A stretch of 33,366 bases of DNA. Origin: Limnobacter sp. GTDB taxonomy: Bacteria; Pseudomonadota; Gammaproteobacteria; Burkholderiales; Burkholderiaceae_B. The stretch lies in assembly GCA_036275255.1 (NCBI GenBank), contig DASUEC010000030.1:1-33366 (forward strand), given 5' to 3'. Below, piece after piece: positions 26,954-33,366 of the stretch (the stretch's first letter is position 1; each line of letters begins with the position of its first letter). The notes beneath the pieces were generated by a model that saw only the letters and a program-made list of their open reading frames with translations, was not told the DNA's origin and did no database searches. The position numbers were made by a program, and so were the translations under genes.

Positions 26954-27973
26954 TTACTCAGGGTCTGAGAGTGCGGAAGACACCAGTTTTGCGGTGATGT
27001 CCACAATTGGAATGAGCCGCTCATAGGCCATGCGCGTTGGGCCAATCACGCCCAAGGTGCCGACCACTTCCCCATTGACCTGATACGGCGCTGAAATCAC
27101 GCTCATCTCTTCCATAGGCACCAGGCTTGAGTCTCCGCCGATGAAAATCTGCACGCCCTCCGCCCGGTGAGAACTCTCCAGCAAACGCAACAAGGCGGTT
27201 CGTTGCTCAAATACACCGAACATTTTTTTCAGCCTGTCCATGTCGGTGGACAAGTCACTCACATCCAGCAGTTTGCGCTCCCCGGAGAGCAAAACACCAT
27301 CGGCCTGGCTCTCCTGGGCCTCTGTGCCGGCATTGACAGCAGCCTGCATGAGTTTGCTGATGTCCTGGCTGATTTGGTGCAGTTCCTCAGCCAATCGTTG
27401 CTTGGCTTCCTGAAAACTCAACCCTGAGAAATGATGATTGAAAAAATTGGCGGCCTGGGTGAGCTCGGTCTGCGTGTATGGCTTGTCCACGATCAGGATG
27501 CGATTTTGCACATCGCCATCCGGTGTGATGATAATGAGCAGCACCTTGCGGTCAGACAAGCCCAAAAACTCCACCTGGCGAAACAGCGCAGCGCGTTTGG
27601 GTGCAGTGATCACCCCGGCAAACGAGGACAGGCTGGACAACAGGTTGACCGCCCTGTTGAGCACGCGGTTGGGGTCGTCCCGCTGAATACCACCATTGAG
27701 CATGGCCTGCACATCGCTGGCCAAGGGTTTCACGGTGAGCAGGGAATCAACAAACATGCGGTACCCTTGGGGGGTGGGCACACGGCCTGCGGATGTGTGG
27801 GGAGAAACCACCAAGCGCAACTCCTCCAGATCGGCCATCACATTGCGAATGGTCGCCGGGCTCAGATCAAGACTGGACCACTTGGACAAGGCACGAGAAC
27901 CCACCGGGCTGCCCTCGGCAATGTAACGTTCTACGAGGGTTTTCAAGATGGAACGGGCGCGTTCGTCGATCAT
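26954..27973 (-). CDS. hrcA: Heat-inducible transcription repressor
   Basis: [48 protein letters not shown]. Confidence 0.97.
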   Translation of the reverse strand: MIDERARSILKTLVERYIAEGSPVGSRALSKWSSLDLSPATIRNVMADLEELRLVVSPHTSAGRVPTPQGYRMFVDSLLTVKPLASDVQAMLNGGIQRDDPNRVLNRAVNLLSSLSSFAGVITAPKRAALFRQVEFLGLSDRKVLLIIITPDGDVQNRILIVDKPYTQTELTQAANFFNHHFSGLSFQEAKQRLAEELHQISQDISKLMQAAVNAGTEAQESQADGVLLSGERKLLDVSDLSTDMDRLKKMFGVFEQRTALLRLLESSHRAEGVQIFIGGDSSLVPMEEMSVISAPYQVNGEVVGTLGVIGPTRMAYERLIPIVDITAKLVSSALSDPE

Positions 27974-28050
27974 CGTCGTCACTTCAAATGCGGGTTGCGA
28001 TACGATTGGGGGCTAAAACCCCACTTTACGACAAAAACAGGATCTTCAGC

Positions 28051-28998
28051 ATGCCAAAACAACAAGGGATGTGCGTCGCTGTGTTTGCCAAACATGGTGC
28101 CTCCCACAAGCAGGCGATCTGGCGCGGCGTTGTTGACCTGCTTTTGTCCAACGGTTTCAAAGTGCTGGTGGCCGACACGGTGCTTGCCCGTGCTCGAAAA
28201 GGCACCGGTCCAATGGCCAAGGAGCCTTTCGAGTTTGCAGACATGCCGACCATCAAGCGGCGCGCCAGGGTGGCGGTGATCATCGGCGGAGACGGCACAT
28301 TCCTGGGTATCGCCAGAGAGCTGGCGGACACGCAAATCCCGTTGATCGGCATTAACCAGGGCCGTTTGGGCTTCCTCACCGACATTCGCCTGGACGACAT
28401 CAATCCCACACTCATTGACACGATCCGCGGCGAGCATGTTCTGGAAACACGCCATTACCTCGTGGGGGAGGTGCTGCGTGGAGGCAAATCAATCGGCGAG
28501 CACATTGCATTGAATGACATTGTGATAAGCCGCGGCATTGTGGGTGGCATGGTGGAGTTGCGGGTCGAAGTAGATGGGCGCTTCATGTACGACCTGCGGG
28601 CCGACGGCTTGATCGTGTCCACCCCCACCGGCTCAACAGCCTACGCACTGTCTGCAGATGGTCCAATTCTCCACCCCAGCCTGGCAGGCATCGTGATGGT
28701 GCCCGTGGCCCCACACGCGCTAACCAACCGCCCCATCGCCCTGCCGGACCATTGCATCATCAACATCGCAGTCACTGGTGGCAAGCAAACCGGCGTTCAC
28801 TTCGACATGCAATTCAACAACAGGGCCAAGGTGGGTGACCAAATTAGAATAAAAGTGTCACCCAACCCAATTCAACTGATGCACCCTGCAAGATATGATT
28901 ATTTCGCCATGTTGCGGCAAAAATTACACTGGAGCGCCAGCTTGACCGATGTGGCGCACCGCACGCGAGGATTAAGAGACAGCGGCCATGCTAAGTAG
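28051..28998 (+). CDS. nadK: NAD kinase
   Basis: GGDGT, GINQGRLGFL, ALND, ADGLIVSTPTGSTAYALS. Start moved to ATG 28051 (the longer ORF overlaps hrcA). Confidence 0.95.
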   Translation: MPKQQGMCVAVFAKHGASHKQAIWRGVVDLLLSNGFKVLVADTVLARARKGTGPMAKEPFEFADMPTIKRRARVAVIIGGDGTFLGIARELADTQIPLIGINQGRLGFLTDIRLDDINPTLIDTIRGEHVLETRHYLVGEVLRGGKSIGEHIALNDIVISRGIVGGMVELRVEVDGRFMYDLRADGLIVSTPTGSTAYALSADGPILHPSLAGIVMVPVAPHALTNRPIALPDHCIINIAVTGGKQTGVHFDMQFNNRAKVGDQIRIKVSPNPIQLMHPARYDYFAMLRQKLHWSASLTDVAHRTRGLRDSGHAK

Positions 28999-30664
28999 TT
29001 TGACCATTCAGGATTTTGTAATTGTAGACAAGGTGGATCTGCATTTTGAGCCAGGCATGTCAGTGCTGTCTGGTGAGACAGGTGCGGGCAAATCCATCTT
29101 GATTGATGCATTGTCTTTGTGTCTGGGGGGGCGCGCTGACCCAGGGCAGGTGCGCGAAGGGTGTGAGCGGGCCAACATCACCGCAGTGTTCGACTTGACC
29201 CCGGCAGCAATGGCAGTTCTGGATGAACAATCGATTGACAGCAGCGAAGGAGAATTGCACCTGAGGCGCGCCGTGGAAGCCAACGGGCGGTCCAAGGCGT
29301 ACGTCAACGGCACACCGGTGCCAGCAAGCACCCTGAAAGCGCTGGCTGAAACACTGATCGACATCCACGGGCAACACGCCTTCCAAAACCTGGCAAAACC
29401 CGGCGAGCAACTCCACTTGCTGGACGATTTTGCACAACATGCCCCACTGCTGGAGCAAACCGCTCAACACCACAGCGTGCTTCGCCAAGCTGAAAAACTG
29501 CTTGCACAGGCACAAACCGGTCAAGCCGACCGTGCAGCGCGACTTGAAAACCTGCACTGGAAACTCGATCTGTTGCAGAAAATCAACCCCAAACCCAATG
29601 AGTGGGATGGCCTGAGCAGTGAGTTTGACCGCCTGAGCCACAGTGCAGAATTGATTGAGGGAACGCAATACGCAAGCGATGCGCTGGCCAACAACGAGCA
29701 GGCCTTGCTGGACCAATTGACTCACATCATCGACAAGCTGACACACCTGGCCACGCGCGACCCCGCCCTGGAAAGCATACGCAACACCTTGTCCGAAGGC
29801 GAAATTTTGATTCGCGAGGCCAGCTACGACTTGGCCAGCTACCTCAAACACGCCGACCTCGACCCCGACAGTCTTGCTGCGGTGGAACAACGCATGGCGC
29901 TGTGGCATGACACCGCACGAAAACTGCGACTCGCGCCCGAAGAGCTTCACACAGAACTTGAAACCGTGAATGCCGAACTACAAGGCCTGGAGGAGGGTTT
30001 TGACCTGGAAAAGCTGCAAATGAACGTCAGCAAGGCGAGGCAAGCCTACGACCTGTCCGCCAGCGCACTGAGGGAGAGCCGAAAAAAAGCAGCAGCAGAA
30101 TTGGCCGGCCTGGTGACCGACACCATGCAACACCTGAGCATGCAAGGTGGCGTGTTTGCCATTGTCATGGAAGATGGGCCAGCCAGTGCCCAAGGCAGCG
30201 ATCTTGTGGAGTTTCGCGTGGCGGGTCACCCTGGTGTTACGCCACAGGCCATCCAAAAAGTAGCATCGGGTGGTGAGCTGGCCCGCATCAGCTTGGCCAT
30301 CACCGTGAACACTGTCAAAAGCACACCTGTGCCCACACTTATTTTCGACGAGGTGGACAGTGGAATCGGCGGCGCTGTGGCCGAGGTGGTGGGGCAATAC
30401 CTGCGCACCCTGGCAAACACCAAACAAGTGCTTTGTGTCACCCACTTGCCGCAGGTGGCTGCACAGGCGCATCACCACTTCCAGGTCAGCAAATCAATCG
30501 CTGGTGGCAGCACACGCTCCAGAATTGTTGGTCTGGATGGTTCGCAACGGGTCGAGGAAATTGCCCGGATGCTGGGTGGTCAGGTTATTTCAGAGGCCAC
30601 ACGCACAGCCGCCACGGAGCTGATCAATGGCGCCAGCAACGACATGCGGAAGCGGCGTGCATGA
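28988..30664 (+). CDS. recN: DNA repair protein RecN
   Basis: GETGAGKS, IDIHGQH, VASGGELAR, IFDEVDSGIGG, VTHLPQVA. Confidence 0.97.
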   Translation: MLSSLTIQDFVIVDKVDLHFEPGMSVLSGETGAGKSILIDALSLCLGGRADPGQVREGCERANITAVFDLTPAAMAVLDEQSIDSSEGELHLRRAVEANGRSKAYVNGTPVPASTLKALAETLIDIHGQHAFQNLAKPGEQLHLLDDFAQHAPLLEQTAQHHSVLRQAEKLLAQAQTGQADRAARLENLHWKLDLLQKINPKPNEWDGLSSEFDRLSHSAELIEGTQYASDALANNEQALLDQLTHIIDKLTHLATRDPALESIRNTLSEGEILIREASYDLASYLKHADLDPDSLAAVEQRMALWHDTARKLRLAPEELHTELETVNAELQGLEEGFDLEKLQMNVSKARQAYDLSASALRESRKKAAAELAGLVTDTMQHLSMQGGVFAIVMEDGPASAQGSDLVEFRVAGHPGVTPQAIQKVASGGELARISLAITVNTVKSTPVPTLIFDEVDSGIGGAVAEVVGQYLRTLANTKQVLCVTHLPQVAAQAHHHFQVSKSIAGGSTRSRIVGLDGSQRVEEIARMLGGQVISEATRTAATELINGASNDMRKRRA

Positions 30665-30674
30665 CGCCGCTTAT

Positions 30675-31115
30675 TTAAATACCGCCTTTGGTTTTGCGGT
30701 TTTCGCAGTCTTTTTTGGTACAACTCCCATACAAAGACAGCGCGTGATCATGCAACTCGAAGCCACGTGCCTGGGCAATTGCCTTTTGACGCTTCTCAAT
30801 TTCTTCATCAAAAAACTCCACCACCTTGCCGCATTGCACGCACACCAAATGATCGTGATGCTCGCCCTCGTTCAGTTCAAAAACAGACTTGCCGGTCTCA
30901 AAGTGCTGACGAGCCAGCAATCCGGCCTGCTCAAATTGCGTCAGCACCCTGTAAACGGTGGCCAAACCAATGTCCAGATCTTCTTGCAAAAGCAGTTTGT
31001 AAACATCTTCGGCGCTGAGGTGACGATGCTGCCCGCTTTGAAAAAGCTCGAGAATTTTCATTCGGGGAAGCGTTGCTTTCAGGCCAATGCTTTTGAGATC
31101 CGTTGCTGTTGTCAT
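30675..31115 (-). CDS. fur: Ferric uptake regulator
   Basis: [35 protein letters not shown]; divergent from bamE. Confidence 0.97.
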   Translation of the reverse strand: MTTATDLKSIGLKATLPRMKILELFQSGQHRHLSAEDVYKLLLQEDLDIGLATVYRVLTQFEQAGLLARQHFETGKSVFELNEGEHHDHLVCVQCGKVVEFFDEEIEKRQKAIAQARGFELHDHALSLYGSCTKKDCENRKTKGGI

Positions 31116-31234
31116 GAGTTTGGTACCATTAAAGGCTAATCGAGTACAAGTAGCTTATGATAACGCCTTTGATGGGCAAGTTTGCGCACCAGATAAGGTA
31201 CCCTGTTCCCACTTTTCACGCGATTTCACAACCC

Positions 31235-31729
31235 ATGCGTATTTTAAGACTGAACCTGATGCTTTGTGCAACGCTCTCCGTTGGCCTGGCAGCATGCTCC
31301 TCCACCTCAGGCCTGTCCAGCTACGTGCCCTCTTTTGTCAAACCCTACCGGTTTGACATTCAGCAAGGCAACTTTGTCACAGAACAGGAAGTATCCCGTT
31401 TGCGCGTTGGCATGAACAAGGACCAGGTGCGTTTCATCATGGGCACCCCTTTGCTCAATGACGCTTTCCACGAGAACCGATGGGATTACGTTTACAGGCT
31501 CACGCGGGCAAGCGGAGGGGTGTCGCAGTCTCGGTACACCGTCATTTTTGAAAACGGCCTGGTGGTGCGTCATGGTGGCGAAAATCTCCCCAAAAACCCG
31601 GCCGACCTGCTCGGGCCAAACGCCAATACAACTGCGCCCAAAAAGCAGTTGCCATCCGAAAAACCTGCGGCGAACATTCAAGAGCCCGAGACCGTGTCTG
31701 GCTCCGAACGTGCCCCTGTACTGAAGTAA
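31235..31729 (+). CDS. bamE: Outer membrane protein assembly lipoprotein BamE
   Basis: Lipobox LAAC, DIQQGN, GMNKDQVRFIMGTP, RWDYVY. Confidence 0.94.
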   Translation: MRILRLNLMLCATLSVGLAACSSTSGLSSYVPSFVKPYRFDIQQGNFVTEQEVSRLRVGMNKDQVRFIMGTPLLNDAFHENRWDYVYRLTRASGGVSQSRYTVIFENGLVVRHGGENLPKNPADLLGPNANTTAPKKQLPSEKPAANIQEPETVSGSERAPVLK

Positions 31730-31731
31730 TC

Positions 31732-32553
31732 ATGAGCAAGACAATACGAATAACCATTGCGGGCGCCAGTGGGCGCATGGGCAAGACCCTCATCGAAGCC
31801 GTGCTCCAACACCCGGGCTGCGCCCTTGCCGGCGCATTTGATTTGCCTGGCGCAAGCACCCTGGGGCGGGATGCAGGCGATTTCATGGGCATTCAAACCG
31901 GCGTTCTTGTTGGCGACAACATCGAACAGGCGCTGAGCGCAAGCGACGTGCTGATTGATTTCACACGCCCGGAGGGCACACTCAAACACCTTGAAATATG
32001 TGCAAAGCTTGGGGTGAAGGCGGTGATCGGCACCACGGGTTTCGAGCCGAAGCAGCTTGAGAGCCTCAAAGCGTTCTCAAGCAGTGTGGCCATGGTGTGG
32101 TCACCCAACATGGCTGTGGGAGTGAATGCCACCTTCAAGCTGCTTGAAGTGGCTGCAAAAATCCTGAATCAGGGCTATGACATCGAGATCATCGAGGCGC
32201 ACCACAACAAAAAGGTGGATGCACCGTCGGGCACTGCCTTGCGCATGGGCGAAGTGATCGCCAAATCGCTGGGTGCAGACTTGCACAAGGTCGGTGTGTT
32301 TGCACGCGAAGGCATCACGGGCGAACGCCAACAGGGGACGATCGGCTTTTCGACCATCCGGGGAGGCGATATTGTCGGTGATCACACCGTGATGTTTGCG
32401 GGCACAGGTGAACGGATCGAGATCACCCACAAATCCTCGAGCCGCATGACCTACGCACAAGGGTCCATCCGCGCAGCTGCCTTCTTGATGCAGCACGCTA
32501 ACGGGATGTTTGACATGCAAGACGTACTGGGCCTGAAAAACGTCGCAGTTTGA
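31732..32553 (+). CDS. dapB: 4-hydroxy-tetrahydrodipicolinate reductase
   Basis: GASGRMG, IDFTRP, GTTG, EAHHNKKVDAPSGTA. Confidence 0.97.
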   Translation: MSKTIRITIAGASGRMGKTLIEAVLQHPGCALAGAFDLPGASTLGRDAGDFMGIQTGVLVGDNIEQALSASDVLIDFTRPEGTLKHLEICAKLGVKAVIGTTGFEPKQLESLKAFSSSVAMVWSPNMAVGVNATFKLLEVAAKILNQGYDIEIIEAHHNKKVDAPSGTALRMGEVIAKSLGADLHKVGVFAREGITGERQQGTIGFSTIRGGDIVGDHTVMFAGTGERIEITHKSSSRMTYAQGSIRAAAFLMQHANGMFDMQDVLGLKNVAV

Positions 32554-32662
32554 AGACAGCGTTTTTCAGAGCCGAATCAACACACCTCAGGCAAAACTGT
32601 ATAAGATTGCGACAAGCATCTGTATCGCTTGCCTATTTTTTGGTTTGACATGGAGCCAACCA

Positions 32663-32905
32663 ATGCCGCAATCACTTCTCGGGAAGCTCGACGAGTTGCA
32701 GGGCAAAATCACCTTGCTGACCAAAGCCCTTGAACAAAGCCGCTTAGACCACAAAACATCCCGCGAGCACATCGAAGCACTGTCCCGCGAAAACGAGCAA
32801 CTCAAAAAGAAAGTCCATCACGCCCAAGGGCAGATCAACCAAATGCTCAACCAGTGGTTTCCTGAACTGGAGCTGAACTCGGAGAACGAAGTTGGAAGCA
32901 CTTGA
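32663..32905 (+). CDS. Small coiled-coil protein upstream of zapA (ZapB-like)
   Basis: Heptad-rich 80-aa ORF overlapping the zapA start, in the usual position. Start uncertain. Confidence 0.7.
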   Translation: MPQSLLGKLDELQGKITLLTKALEQSRLDHKTSREHIEALSRENEQLKKKVHHAQGQINQMLNQWFPELELNSENEVGST

Positions 32906-33221
32906 TGTCAAAATAATGGGGCGAGATTTCAGGATCGCCTGCAAACCCGATGAGCGCGCAGCACTTCAACAAGCGGTCAATATTGTCGAGACAAAAATGT
33001 CGGCCATCCGAAACACCGGCAAAGTTGTCGGGTTGGACAAAATCGCAGTGATGGCGGCTTTGCAAATTGCGCACGAGTCACTCGTCGGGAGTAATCCTTC
33101 TAACCCCACTTTAGGACTGGACATCGATGCAATTGAGCGTAAAATTGAAGCCATCGAGCAGTTGATCGATCAGGGCCTCAACCCGGCTGGAAAGCCGAAA
33201 AACGCTGATCTGTTTGACTGA
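32892..33221 (+). CDS. zapA: Cell division protein ZapA
   Basis: VKIMGRDFRIAC...L..A...V...M..IR...KIAVMAALQIAHE; followed by 6S RNA. Confidence 0.92.
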   Translation: MEALDVKIMGRDFRIACKPDERAALQQAVNIVETKMSAIRNTGKVVGLDKIAVMAALQIAHESLVGSNPSNPTLGLDIDAIERKIEAIEQLIDQGLNPAGKPKNADLFD

Positions 33222-33232
33222 CGATCCAGTTA

Positions 33233-33366
33233 ATCTCTGCCGTGTTGGTGTTGGTCAGCATTCCGTGAACCAATATCTGTGATCCCGGTTGCGGAATTTT
33301 TATGAGTCGGTGTGAGTCCCTCTCTGTCAGGGAAGCCTGAAGACTCTGATACTGCGACCCACTTGA
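33233..33366 (+). ncRNA. ssrS: 6S RNA (3' end outside the window)
   Basis: Directly after zapA. Blocks CTGCCGTGTT, TGAACCAATAT, GAAGCCTGAA and CACTTGA parallel conserved proteobacterial 6S segments. 5' end approximate. Confidence 0.85.

Noticed and set aside
25769-27973. hemH inside the heat-shock cluster as a novelty
   Set aside because: hrcA-hemH-grpE-dnaK-dnaJ next to nadK-recN is a familiar betaproteobacterial arrangement.
24965-28050. CIRCE operator for HrcA
   Set aside because: No TTAGCACTC-N9-GAGTGCTAA seen in the intergenic regions upstream of dnaK, grpE, hemH or hrcA; sigma32 motifs explain dnaK and grpE.
27793-28050. N-terminal extension of NadK in the ORF track
   Set aside because: Overlaps hrcA on the opposite strand; the NadK-like sequence begins near ATG 28051.

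Overview
Chromosomal window from a Betaproteobacterium. Burkholderiales is inferred from gene order (hrcA-hemH-grpE-dnaK-dnaJ, nadK-recN, fur/bamE-dapB, DUF3460-scpA). Both ends are housekeeping. The left end has the start of pyrG, scoAB and ETF-ubiquinone oxidoreductase. The right end has queC, tRNA Gly-Cys-Leu, metG, scpA, the heat-shock cluster with two sigma32 promoters, nadK-recN, fur, bamE, dapB, zapB-like/zapA and a truncated 6S RNA. Three accessory-looking blocks lie between. (1) 3576-4770: a standalone HNH nuclease plus an unknown 225-aa protein. (2) 4822-7648: a divergent Fe3+ ABC permease and ATPase around a possible Fur box. (3) 7616-17159, the best candidate for an undescribed system: a tightly packed operon of SigK-like ECF sigma, a short anti-sigma with no sensor domain, and a complete type I secretion system. 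It is followed by two very acidic non-RTX proteins, one with 11-residue amphipathic tandem repeats, and faces a divergent pseudo-receiver LuxR/NarL regulator. Two shared non-coding motifs tie block 3 together. A near-identical TTTGAATCCAAwTTTTGGC-N6-mGTA ECF-type promoter sits before both the LuxR gene and the distal acidic protein. An ATCCC-N8-GGGAT-like box occurs 3x in the divergent intergenic region and 1x before the distal gene. All calls come from reading the sequence by eye; no searches were run.
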